Virus record (IMG/VR): IMGVR_UViG_3300003894_000008
Span: 1 to 56,547 of that record
DNA length: 56,547 nt
Source: a virus
Lineage: Duplodnaviria; Caudoviricetes
Reading direction: 5' to 3' (one strand)
The notes below the pieces were generated by a model that saw nothing but the letters and a program-made list of their open reading frames with translations, was not told where the DNA came from and ran no database searches. Position 1 is the first letter of the stretch. The number at the start of each line of letters is the position of its first letter. The translations under genes and the position numbers were made by a program. Below, piece after piece: positions 1 to 7,707 of this stretch.

Positions 1-68
1 TCCCCACTATCACGCAGCCCCATTAAGTAATCGAAGTATTTCTGATCTTCCTTACTCATTACGTCCTC

Positions 69-305
69 CTATATGTCTAATGCGTGAGGCTTAAGCCCCA
101 TTTCACGCTCGATGCGGATTGCGATGTTGTCTCGCGGCTCCGTATCCCAGATCTCGCCGTGGATCTTGGCAACCTTGTTCATCTCTTCGATGGTCGCCTT
201 GGTGATGCTCTTCTCGAACGGCGCTGCATATGTGCCTTTAACGATCTTATCGACAAGGCGCTGACAGGCTTGATCACCTGCCTCACTGAACATCTCGTAG
301 CTCAT
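69..305 (-). CDS. hypothetical early protein (78 aa)
   Basis: ATGA overlap with the upstream gene and a GAGGGAGG RBS. Confidence 0.6.
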   Translation of the reverse strand: MSYEMFSEAGDQACQRLVDKIVKGTYAAPFEKSITKATIEEMNKVAKIHGEIWDTEPRDNIAIRIEREMGLKPHALDI

Positions 306-733
306 GATGAACCCTCCCTCGCGGCGTTAAGTTTTGATGCCAACTCGCTGTCTGTTGCGAAGCACGAATCTATAAACTGCCAGTATTTCCCGTCGCGTCG
401 AGCAAACCAGTTCACAAGATTCCCTCGAATATGCTCGCAGACATGGAAGACGTTATAGCTCCCGACATCATGCCATCGTGAGGGTGGCAGGATGGATAGC
501 ATCTCATCGAAGCGCTCTTCCGTGATCTCGGTCGGCTTTGTTTTAAGATTCGATTCAAAGGCGTTGTCCAGTCTCTCCCATTCATTTTCACTTATCGCTT
601 TGATGGGGTGTGCGCATTTGTCGGCGTACTCTTCCAGCGTTAAGCCGTCGGTGTATGCAACGGTGCCGTCTGGCAGCATTACGCTCAAGACGGATCCCTT
701 GTATGGCTGGTCGGCTCTAATGATGAATTGCAT
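302..733 (-). CDS. DUF1419-like early protein
   Basis: EITEERFDEMLSILPP motif; AAGGAG RBS before ATG 733. Confidence 0.55.
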   Translation of the reverse strand: MQFIIRADQPYKGSVLSVMLPDGTVAYTDGLTLEEYADKCAHPIKAISENEWERLDNAFESNLKTKPTEITEERFDEMLSILPPSRWHDVGSYNVFHVCEHIRGNLVNWFARRDGKYWQFIDSCFATDSELASKLNAAREGSS

Positions 734-743
734 GTCTCTCTCC

Positions 744-938
744 TTATGGTGTCTGAATGGCGAAACGAGTCCCGCCGTCAATGGTGATGATCCGCTCGCC
801 CTCTTCGGCCTTCGGGGGGCCGATGTGAATTAGCTTCTCGTCGAGCTTGTCCTGGATATCGCGCTGGTCAAGCCCGTAATCGCTGTAGTAACAAACGGCG
901 GCGTGCTTACTGACGAAATGGCAGGTGGCATAGATCAT
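744..938 (-). CDS. hypothetical protein, full-length paralog of mini-ORF 3660-3728
   Basis: MIYATCHFVSKHAAVCY versus MIYGTSYFVSKHTALCY. Confidence 0.65.
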   Translation of the reverse strand: MIYATCHFVSKHAAVCYYSDYGLDQRDIQDKLDEKLIHIGPPKAEEGERIITIDGGTRFAIQTP

Positions 939-1237
939 GCTCCAACCCTCCGGAGGACTCGCTTTGCCTCCGCGACAAGCGCCTTGTGCGCCTTAGCGTC
1001 AACTGCGCGGTATTTCTCGTATCTCCCGCGAGAGACACACCAACCATCTAGCGGCTGATGTTCATCGCGAAAGCCCTCATCCTCACAAGCGAGCGTGCTT
1101 AGACAATACGAGCCAACCGTGAAGTCACGATCATGAACAGCGATAACAGGACCACCCTCCGGATATACCTTTGGCTTAGTTTCCAAAGTAAACGTGAGGT
1201 CTCCACATCTGGTTTTAAGTTTAACTTCCATTATCAA
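935..1237 (-). CDS. hypothetical protein
   Basis: ORF overlapping both neighbours by 4 nt in a coupled operon. Confidence 0.55.
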   Translation of the reverse strand: MIMEVKLKTRCGDLTFTLETKPKVYPEGGPVIAVHDRDFTVGSYCLSTLACEDEGFRDEHQPLDGWCVSRGRYEKYRAVDAKAHKALVAEAKRVLRRVGA

Positions 1238-1395
1238 CCCTCCTTGCTGTCTGGCTTCACGACTCGAATGTCGCAGTAGCGGTAGATTTTCCGCAGCCGG
1301 TCGGCCTTGGCATAGGCTGGCAGTTCACGGTTAAAGCAACCGTGAACCGACAACTGGTTGTTTCGCAGCATGGCGACATAATAAAACCCGCTCAT
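1234..1395 (-). CDS. small hypothetical protein, paralog of 4018-4173
   Basis: FYxVAMxRNNxxxVHGCFxxE...YCDIRV shared; ATGA coupling at 1392-1395. Confidence 0.7.
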   Translation of the reverse strand: MSGFYYVAMLRNNQLSVHGCFNRELPAYAKADRLRKIYRYCDIRVVKPDSKEG

Positions 1396-1757
1396 GCGCA
1401 GATCCTCCCACGAACATCCTCGTATATCTCGAACGGTCCATAACCCTTCGCGCCGTCCGTCAATAGACTCTCGTAGCATTTAGGCCAGTCACCATCCCAG
1501 AAACCCGCACCATGTCCGTTACGGGTCAACCAGAAGTCATGCCCAGCACGCTCGACGTAATCCTTATGGTGACGCTCATTCTCGATAGCGACGATATAAC
1601 ATCCGAAACGTCGCCAGAATGACCGGCAATCCGCCTTGATATCCAGAAGCGTCTCGGCGTGTATCTCCGCATCGCTCGCCGGTTGTCCTTCCTCGCCCGT
1701 GTCTGCGAAGTACATCGCCTCGATACAAGCGCCAGTGAAGCGTTTAAGGTTGTTCAT
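1392..1757 (-). CDS. conserved phage protein with GHDFWLTRNGHGAGFWD motif
   Basis: motif recurrent in phage early regions (from recall); GGAGG RBS. Confidence 0.7.
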   Translation of the reverse strand: MNNLKRFTGACIEAMYFADTGEEGQPASDAEIHAETLLDIKADCRSFWRRFGCYIVAIENERHHKDYVERAGHDFWLTRNGHGAGFWDGDWPKCYESLLTDGAKGYGPFEIYEDVRGRICA

Positions 1758-2296
1758 GCTGCTTCCTCCCTTGCCTTGGATTGTGGGGTGTGCTCCTTGA
1801 TAAGATCACGCAGGTATTCACGGCCCTCACCGATGGTCATCCATTCCCACGTTGAATATTGATAGCTACAGCCGCTCATTTCCGTACAACGAACCGCCCA
1901 GTCAAGCCTGAGCGCCTTACAGAGTGACCAGTAAACATCACCTGCCTCCGTTGAAGCGTCCTTCTCGATCTGCCGGTTGACCTTCTTGATGGTCTTGAGC
2001 ATCGAGGCGATCTCTTTCTCCTCGCAGCTATAGCGATTCATAAAAGCGGGTTGAAAACCGATCAGGCTATATCCACCCTCGTGGTGTTCGAAATAATGCC
2101 CACGTAGCGCCAAGCCGTTCACCGTCATATCAACCATGTGCTTAGGCGCATCCCAGATGTCGCTTTCAATATCTCTTCCGTTGATCGGGTGGTGCGCCTC
2201 ACCCTCGCGAACAAGAAGCCTCACGATGATGTATTGCGTGCCGTATTCTTCACACGCCTCTATTAAAGCGCCGTATGTCCTTTGTGTGTCATCCAT
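1754..2296 (-). CDS. hypothetical protein, paralog of 4170-4688
   Basis: shared PINxRDIESDIWxAPKHM, IEKDA and ALxLDW segments. Confidence 0.75.
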   Translation of the reverse strand: MDDTQRTYGALIEACEEYGTQYIIVRLLVREGEAHHPINGRDIESDIWDAPKHMVDMTVNGLALRGHYFEHHEGGYSLIGFQPAFMNRYSCEEKEIASMLKTIKKVNRQIEKDASTEAGDVYWSLCKALRLDWAVRCTEMSGCSYQYSTWEWMTIGEGREYLRDLIKEHTPQSKAREEAA

Positions 2297-2537
2297 TACT
2301 TACGCCCTCCTTAATGATCGCCCCAGTTGGGCATTCGTCCGAAATGATCTTGATCCTGGATTCGTCTTCCAGCACTCGACCGATGATTTTCGCGGCCTTC
2401 CTGGCTGACGCCATGCTCACATGACCGCAGGTGACAAGCCCTCGCTCTTGGCGAGAAAGCTTGCCCAGCTCGACCGTTACCCAGTAAGCGCCGGAATATT
2501 CGCACCAAGGCGTGCCGTCTATGGTGATGTGTACCAT
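2289..2537 (-). CDS. hypothetical protein
   Basis: coupled ORF with GGAG RBS. Confidence 0.55.
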   Translation of the reverse strand: MVHITIDGTPWCEYSGAYWVTVELGKLSRQERGLVTCGHVSMASARKAAKIIGRVLEDESRIKIISDECPTGAIIKEGVSNG

Positions 2538-2858
2538 TTACTCGGCTCCCTTGATGATGATGGTGCCCTCTGCGTAGATCACGTTCACCTTGTCGAAGCC
2601 GGTGAAAAATTCACAAACCTTCGCTCCCGTGATGTCGATGATCGGCTTGTCGGCTTTCCCGCTCACCTTGCTGGGCTTCGGATCGTGGTCGGCCTCGGCG
2701 CGAGTCAGGATCAATGTGCCGCTGGCAGTGTCCCAGACCTTGATGAAATATGTGTTTTTGGCGGTGAATCCGGCTTCCAAAAGCCTCCGCCCTTCGATCC
2801 AGATGCGGCTGCGTGAGCGCCCTTTAGCGGTGCCTAGCTTTGTTGTGAAGGTTTCCAT
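2538..2858 (-). CDS. hypothetical protein (METFTTKLG...)
   Basis: AAGGAG RBS before ATG 2858; follows hairpin A. Confidence 0.65.
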   Translation of the reverse strand: METFTTKLGTAKGRSRSRIWIEGRRLLEAGFTAKNTYFIKVWDTASGTLILTRAEADHDPKPSKVSGKADKPIIDITGAKVCEFFTGFDKVNVIYAEGTIIIKGAE

Positions 2859-2883
2859 GTCTCTATCTCCTTGTGGTTTGTTA

Positions 2884-2935
2884 CTCTCACCCCTTAAGCC
2901 CCAACCGTTGCCGGTATGGGGCCGCTGGGGGCGTG
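2884..2935 (-). promoter_or_regulatory. conserved intergenic hairpin A
   Basis: + strand CACCCC-TTAA-GCCCCA-ACCG-TTGC-CGGT-A-TGGGGC-CGCT-GGGGG; GCAA tetraloop on the transcribed strand. Confidence 0.75.
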
Positions 2936-2944
2936 CTGGAGCGC

Positions 2945-3370
2945 TTAACAGTCGTCCTCCGCTCCATCGGCGATGCGCTGGGCTATGGCTGCGTCTGCCT
3001 CGTCCTCGGCTTCCGAGGGCAATCCCAGACCGTTGCGGATGTCGTACATGGCCTCGCAGACAGCCGTCCATTCTGCGACGTATTCCTCGTCGTTCTCTTC
3101 ATACCGGCCTTGACCTATCCGGCCTCCGAGCGAGTTCTCCGCCCAGTCGCCCAGCGCGTCCCAGACAGTTGCAAGGTCTTGACGCGCTCCCTCGTATGCT
3201 TCTGGATCGAGGCCATAGTCACCGACCCAGTTTCCGTTCAGGTCGCGGATCACGCCTGATAGTTCGGCGTTGCCGACCCTGTTTGCGAGACTGGCGAGGA
3301 TGCGGTGAAGCTCGCTGGGGAGATTCATGAATGCGTCGTTTTCGCATTCGATTTCGATTTGGAATTTCAT
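2945..3370 (-). CDS. acidic hypothetical protein, paralog of 4956-5249
   Basis: MKFxxEIExxxxAF...ELxRI...NGNxVG and ADAAIAQRIADGAE shared. Confidence 0.75.
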   Translation of the reverse strand: MKFQIEIECENDAFMNLPSELHRILASLANRVGNAELSGVIRDLNGNWVGDYGLDPEAYEGARQDLATVWDALGDWAENSLGGRIGQGRYEENDEEYVAEWTAVCEAMYDIRNGLGLPSEAEDEADAAIAQRIADGAEDDC

Positions 3371-3663
3371 GGTGTGACTCCTTTTGCTTTGGCGATGGCG
3401 GCTTCAATTTGTTGATCAAGTGGCCAGTCTCTGTTTAAGGCGCACTCTCGTTCCCAGCTATCGCCGTAACCGCAATAGTCAAGATGGTTTAGGGCGGCTT
3501 CCAATGCCTTCAACAAATCCGGCGCTGCGGCTGCGAGGCGACAATTTGCGTCGCGCTCCATCGGTATAGTTTCCCGGTTCTCCCGGTCGGCAAGCAAAAC
3601 CCTGCCCCTGTCGGCGTAGACTGAGCCATATTCGTATGTCCATGTTCCCGGTGTGTTACTCAT
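3367..3663 (-). CDS. conserved phage protein (ANxRLxAAAPDLL family)
   Basis: TPGxW N-terminus, ANCRLAAAAPDLL, AAIAKAKG. Confidence 0.7.
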   Translation of the reverse strand: MSNTPGTWTYEYGSVYADRGRVLLADRENRETIPMERDANCRLAAAAPDLLKALEAALNHLDYCGYGDSWERECALNRDWPLDQQIEAAIAKAKGVTP

Positions 3664-3728
3664 GCTGCTGCCTCCTCATAGCAAAGCGCCGTGTGCTTGC
3701 TGACAAAATAGCTGGTTCCGTAGATCAT
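3660..3728 (-). pseudogene. 22-codon truncated copy of gene 744-938 between 17-bp direct repeats
   Basis: MIYGTSYFVSKHTALCYEEAAA; TCATGCTGCTGCCTCCT at 3660-3676 and 3725-3741. Confidence 0.65.
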
Positions 3729-3739
3729 GCTGCTGCCTC

Positions 3740-4021
3740 CTAGTTATAAAAAGAAACGTCGGGCCATTGATCGCGCACAATGCCTTTTGCGATCTCCCGG
3801 TTAAGCGCACGAAAGAACATGTGTGCGCACTCGTCGTCGTCGTTGGCCTCCGCTAAATAAAGCGGAGCGCCGACGCCCCAGTAAGCGCCGCCGTTATCGT
3901 AGCCGCCGGAATCAATGGCGACCTTGCGCAAGCGACACATGCCGCTTGGCTGCAAGCCGGGGTGACTGTTGCGGCGTCCCATTGGTGCGCCGTACTGGCT
4001 GGAAACGTTGGGGAGTTTCAT
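3740..4021 (-). CDS. conserved phage protein (YGAPMGR / GGYDxGGAYWG)
   Basis: distinctive motifs; ATGA coupling. Confidence 0.7.
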   Translation of the reverse strand: MKLPNVSSQYGAPMGRRNSHPGLQPSGMCRLRKVAIDSGGYDNGGAYWGVGAPLYLAEANDDDECAHMFFRALNREIAKGIVRDQWPDVSFYN

Positions 4022-4173
4022 GCGCTGCCCTCCGGTGGGATTACGCGAATGTCGCAATATGGGTGCTGCATTTTCATGCGATGGCGCTTCGCAAAGGCCG
4101 CAAATTCATGACTAAAACAGCCGTGAACAGTCATGCGGTTGTTGCGATACATGGCGACTGTATAAAAGTTCAT
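4018..4173 (-). CDS. small hypothetical protein, paralog of 1234-1395
   Basis: sequence similarity; GAGGAGG RBS. Confidence 0.7.
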   Translation of the reverse strand: MNFYTVAMYRNNRMTVHGCFSHEFAAFAKRHRMKMQHPYCDIRVIPPEGSA

Positions 4174-4688
4174 GCTGCGGCCTCCTCTGGCTTTGCCTCT
4201 TGAATGATTGAACGAATGCGGTTGCGGCCTTCTGCTGGCGTCATCCAGTGCCATTCATTGTCGCTGTATGTGCAACGGTCGCCACTGGTGCGCTCGACTA
4301 CCCAGTCCAGTTTGAGCGCTGCGCAGAAAGCAAACAGAACGTCCCCCGGTTCGCGGGCTGCGTCTTTTTCGATGCGCATGTTCACCTTGGTGATGGTTTT
4401 CGCCATCGCTTTGATCTGGCGTTCTTCCATTTGAACAACGTCCCGGTAAAGCGCATAGTTGAATGAAATAAAATCTTGCGATCCAATGTCCGACCAGAAG
4501 CCCCACAAGCCCAAACCGTCGAGCGAAAGCCCGTCCATGTGTTTAGGTGCGCCCCAAATGTCCGACTCAATGTCGCGTGGGTTGATCGGACTGGGCGAGT
4601 CGTCTTCGCGAACCAATACTTTCGCTGTGACGTATGCGCTGCCGTGGCGTGTGTCTGTGCCTATCATTAGGCCGTATGTGCGTTTCAT
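4170..4688 (-). CDS. hypothetical protein, paralog of 1754-2296
   Basis: sequence similarity; AGGAGAG RBS after hairpin B. Confidence 0.75.
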   Translation of the reverse strand: MKRTYGLMIGTDTRHGSAYVTAKVLVREDDSPSPINPRDIESDIWGAPKHMDGLSLDGLGLWGFWSDIGSQDFISFNYALYRDVVQMEERQIKAMAKTITKVNMRIEKDAAREPGDVLFAFCAALKLDWVVERTSGDRCTYSDNEWHWMTPAEGRNRIRSIIQEAKPEEAAA

Positions 4689-4719
4689 TGTTCTCTCCTA
4701 TTCATGCGGGCCATTCCCG

Positions 4720-4763
4720 CACCCCTAAAGCCCGCAGGGCGAACCTAGCGGGCTTGTTGGGGG
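4720..4763 (-). promoter_or_regulatory. conserved intergenic hairpin B
   Basis: CACCCC-TA-AAGCCCGC-AGG-GCGAA-CCT-A-GCGGGCTT-GTT-GGGGG. Confidence 0.75.
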
Positions 4764-4776
4764 ATTGGCTGCGCTG

Positions 4777-4926
4777 TTAGCTGTTGGAGCGCTTGCCCCG
4801 GCGTGAAGCGAAGCCGTGGCCCTTCGTCCAGCTAAACCCAGCGATCTTCGTGCGCTTGGCTGGTTCTTCAATGCGTCCCGCCTTAATGTTGCGGCGCTCG
4901 ATGCTGCGTTTGGTAATTGTCGTCAT
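4777..4926 (-). CDS. small basic protein (49 aa, not in the ORF track)
   Basis: MTTITKRSIERRNIKAGRIEEPAKRTKIAGFSWTKGHGFASRRGKRSNS; AAGGAG RBS. Confidence 0.55.
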   Translation of the reverse strand: MTTITKRSIERRNIKAGRIEEPAKRTKIAGFSWTKGHGFASRRGKRSNS

Positions 4927-4955
4927 TTCAATCTCCTTGATTGTGGGTAAATGGT

Positions 4956-5249
4956 TCAGTTATCAAAATGCGGCGTGTCGCGGCGCCTCCAGTCCGTGTC
5001 GCTCTCTGCGCCATCTGCAATGCGCTGTGCGATGGCTGCGTCGGCGTCGGCGTCCATTTCGTCTTGCTCCTCCTGCGCCGTCATTTCATGCCAGAAGGAA
5101 CCGACGGTGTTACCGTTGTATTCACGCACCTTGCCTTCTGTGCGCCCGTGGCTTACTGCCTCCGCAACGTCGGCAATGATGCGCCGCAATTCGTCGGGAT
5201 TGTCTTCAAAAGCTGCGCCGACAATTTCGATTTCGAGTTTGAATTTCAT
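4956..5249 (-). CDS. acidic hypothetical protein, paralog of 2945-3370
   Basis: sequence similarity. Confidence 0.7.
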   Translation of the reverse strand: MKFKLEIEIVGAAFEDNPDELRRIIADVAEAVSHGRTEGKVREYNGNTVGSFWHEMTAQEEQDEMDADADAAIAQRIADGAESDTDWRRRDTPHFDN

Positions 5250-5336
5250 GGCTCTATTCCATTCCTAAAATGATTGTTGCCCAGATCGCGGCCCACATGA
5301 TGAAGCCGCCAAGAATGTCGTCTGTTGTGGGGCCGC

Positions 5337-5537
5337 TCATAACGACGCATCCATTTGCAATACTTCCCACTGGTGCGTTGGAACCATGAAGTTCATAACG
5401 GCGCTTGCGCGACGGTCGTGGTCGTGCTGGGTGGGCGCTTCGCGGAGGAATGTTTCAACCAGCGCCATGTAGTCAGCGCCGTTGTCGAAGGCTTCGCCAA
5501 TTTGGTCGAGGATGTGTTGCTCTTGGTTGCGGGTCAT
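5337..5537 (-). CDS. hypothetical protein
   Basis: AGGAG RBS after hairpin C. Confidence 0.6.
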   Translation of the reverse strand: MTRNQEQHILDQIGEAFDNGADYMALVETFLREAPTQHDHDRRASAVMNFMVPTHQWEVLQMDASL

Positions 5538-5565
5538 TGTCGTGTTCTCCTGTGGTTAAATGTTG

Positions 5566-5617
5566 CTCTCACCCCTTTAGGCCCAGCGCTGGGGAGCGTC
5601 TGGGCCTGTTGCGGGGT
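5566..5617 (-). promoter_or_regulatory. conserved intergenic hairpin C
   Basis: CTCTCACCCC-TTT-AGGCCCAG-CGCT-GGGG-AGCG-T-CTGGGCCT-GTT-GCGGGGT. Confidence 0.75.
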
Positions 5618-5627
5618 TGCGGGGCGT

Positions 5628-5903
5628 CTATGCTGGTTCGCCCTTCCAGCGCACGAATAAGGGGATCAGGACGAGCGCTGCGCCGCAGCCGATGAACGTC
5701 CCCAGCCCGAACACTGGATCAATGGGCAAGCCTCCAAGGAAGTCGCTCACGGCGTTGCCGATCCCTGCGCCGATAACTGCGCCAAGACCGACGGTTTTGA
5801 ATGGAAGGTATTTCTCGACTTCCAGCCCAGTGAAAGCGCCGACGATCAAAACGGCGTTGTCGATGAAGCCAAAGATTGATCCGTTGGTTAATGCTTCGAT
5901 CAT
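5628..5903 (-). CDS. small membrane protein, TMEM65-like
   Basis: FGFIDNAVLIVG and AGIGNAVSDFLG motifs; about three hydrophobic segments. Confidence 0.6.
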   Translation of the reverse strand: MIEALTNGSIFGFIDNAVLIVGAFTGLEVEKYLPFKTVGLGAVIGAGIGNAVSDFLGGLPIDPVFGLGTFIGCGAALVLIPLFVRWKGEPA

Positions 5904-6139
5904 GCTGCGTCCTCCTTGTATGCTGCGTCCAGTTCAGCGCTGACGATTTTGGCGGTGCGTATCCATGCGTCACCGTCGATAAAACTGTTCTTCATGCTTT
6001 CGCGGATTTCGTCGGCGTTGTCTGCGACCTGTGCTGCGTACTTCTCAATGGCGCAGATAATGAATGACTGGGCGAGCGGTCCAGCCTTGGAAAATTCCAT
6101 GATCTCTGTGATTCTTTCGACGTTGGTTTTGCGTTTCAT
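5900..6139 (-). CDS. hypothetical protein (MKRKTNVE...)
   Basis: AAGGAG RBS after hairpin D. Confidence 0.65.
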   Translation of the reverse strand: MKRKTNVERITEIMEFSKAGPLAQSFIICAIEKYAAQVADNADEIRESMKNSFIDGDAWIRTAKIVSAELDAAYKEDAA

Positions 6140-6161
6140 TTCTCTCTCCTTTGTTTCTACT

Positions 6162-6207
6162 ACCGCCTCAAGCCCGCTGGGATCATCCATGCGGGGCGTT
6201 GGCGGGT
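6162..6207 (-). promoter_or_regulatory. conserved intergenic hairpin D
   Basis: ACCGCC-TCAA-GCCCGC-TGG-GATCAT-CCA-T-GCGGGGC-GTT-GGCGGGT. Confidence 0.7.
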
Positions 6208-6220
6208 GTGTGGGGTGGGG

Positions 6221-6436
6221 TCAGGCGCGATAGATGCGCCCGAATGTCTCGATGTATCGCCAGATCGGGCCATTGCGCTTGATGGTGCGCACATAGTCTC
6301 CGACGATCTGTTCTGCGTCGTTAAGCTTGCCGTCTGCGTCGAAGTATCCGGAAGCCTTGCCTTTGAAGTCTCCCGTGATGCCGTGGAGGAAGAAATCTCC
6401 GTTGCTGAATGGTGCGTGCTGGATGTTCATGTTCAT
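6221..6436 (-). CDS. hypothetical protein
   Basis: AAGGAG RBS before ATG 6436. Confidence 0.6.
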   Translation of the reverse strand: MNMNIQHAPFSNGDFFLHGITGDFKGKASGYFDADGKLNDAEQIVGDYVRTIKRNGPIWRYIETFGRIYRA

Positions 6437-6453
6437 TGCTCCTTGGTGGTGGG

Positions 6454-6657
6454 TTATGCGCTGCGGTGGCGTTTGCCTTGGGTGTATCCAGACCAGAAGA
6501 TGTTGATCTGCCAGAACACGTAATCGGGGTGCGCTTGCCATGCGTCGGAATGGGACTTGTAAAGGCGGGGTGCGTCCATGCCTTCCGTGAATGCGTCGTG
6601 GAAAATCTCGGCTGCGTCGGCTGCGATCTGGTCGCGGGTTCCGTTGTCTGTCTGCAT
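6454..6657 (-). CDS. hypothetical protein
   Basis: GGAGG RBS; fills the operon gap. Confidence 0.55.
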   Translation of the reverse strand: MQTDNGTRDQIAADAAEIFHDAFTEGMDAPRLYKSHSDAWQAHPDYVFWQINIFWSGYTQGKRHRSA

Positions 6658-6660
6658 GGC

Positions 6661-7137
6661 TCATGCCTCCTGCTGGGTTTTGTGTTCGCGAATGGCTTTG
6701 TAGAGGCTCTTGATGGCGCTGCGCTCTTGGCGGGTGCGATCCATCTCGTAATCGTTTTCGCGGTAGCGCTTGGATACGTAGTCCGTGATGTGGATCGGAA
6801 ACTTCGACGCTCTAACGATGCCAGTGATGCCACGTGAGCCATCTACGAATGCGATCCGTCCGTCTGGCAGTTCTCGGCACGCCATCAGTTGCTTCCACTC
6901 GTCGTACCAGCCGCCACCTTGAAAGATGTAAATGTCACTCCGGAGCTTGGCCTCTGCGTCGTCGCCAGTTTCCATTTCATCCAGAAGCACGTCGAAGCGC
7001 TCGATGTCGTCGCAGGATGCCGGATCGTCCGTCGCTGGTGTGATGTGCAGGAAACCCAGCATGTCCATGCTGGCTTCATATCGGGATGCTTTCGCGATCT
7101 TGTGAAAGTCTCTTGTGGTGATTCGTTCGGTGGTCAT
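6661..7137 (-). CDS. first gene of the early operon, hypothetical
   Basis: GGGAGAG RBS before ATG 7137. Confidence 0.6.
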   Translation of the reverse strand: MTTERITTRDFHKIAKASRYEASMDMLGFLHITPATDDPASCDDIERFDVLLDEMETGDDAEAKLRSDIYIFQGGGWYDEWKQLMACRELPDGRIAFVDGSRGITGIVRASKFPIHITDYVSKRYRENDYEMDRTRQERSAIKSLYKAIREHKTQQEA

Positions 7138-7186
7138 TTTTTCTCTCTCCCATATGTGTTGTGTCACGATCAATGATCGAGGGTTT

Positions 7187-7215
7187 ATTCTGCGCTCTTA
7201 TTTACTCAGAGTCAA
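7187..7215 (-). promoter_or_regulatory. sigma70-type early promoter
   Basis: TTGACT-17 nt-CAGAAT on the minus strand, 50 nt upstream of the first early gene. Confidence 0.65.
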
Positions 7216-7244
7216 CGCAATATATATGGGATATACCTTTTGTG

Positions 7245-7600
7245 ATCCAGTCAGGTAATTAAATTCGGTTTACTGGTAATTAAATCAGGTGAACACAATT
7301 TTATTCAATGGGCCTGAAACCCGCAGAAACCCTAGAGTCTTAGTAGTAATAATAATAATAAAATAATATAATAATATAATATACATAGACTCTCTCTCTC
7401 TTGGTGACTCCGCGAGAGAGGATTCTTTTTTAGACGATCAAACGGAAAACGTGATTTTATTATTTTATTCCGATGACGGGTCATAAGTGATTGAAAGTAA
7501 AGGGGAAATCGGGATTTAATTTAATTCAGTTGCTGAATTTAATTATTTTTAATTCTGTAAGTTGTTGATATTCCACGATAATTATTCGTTTTTATTATTT
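7245..7600. other. AT-rich non-coding region with direct and inverted repeats; candidate replication origin or control region
   Basis: GGTAATTAAAT at 7254 and 7275; inverted GAATTTAATTA at 7535; (TAA)n tract around 7345-7382. Confidence 0.5.
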
Positions 7601-7707
7601 CGGGTGAAGCGTTTAGCTGGGATCAACATTCCTGTTGGATCAAGGGGCGATTCGTGTATGGTGAGTGGAGAGGAAAGAGTGATGTCAATTCACCAGAGAG
7701 AGGCACA

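Noticed and set aside
1-59. Circular join of the window ends
   Set aside because: The ORF running off the left end (MSKEDQKYFDYLMGLRDSG) is too short to supply the missing primase N-terminus, and no terminal repeat is visible.
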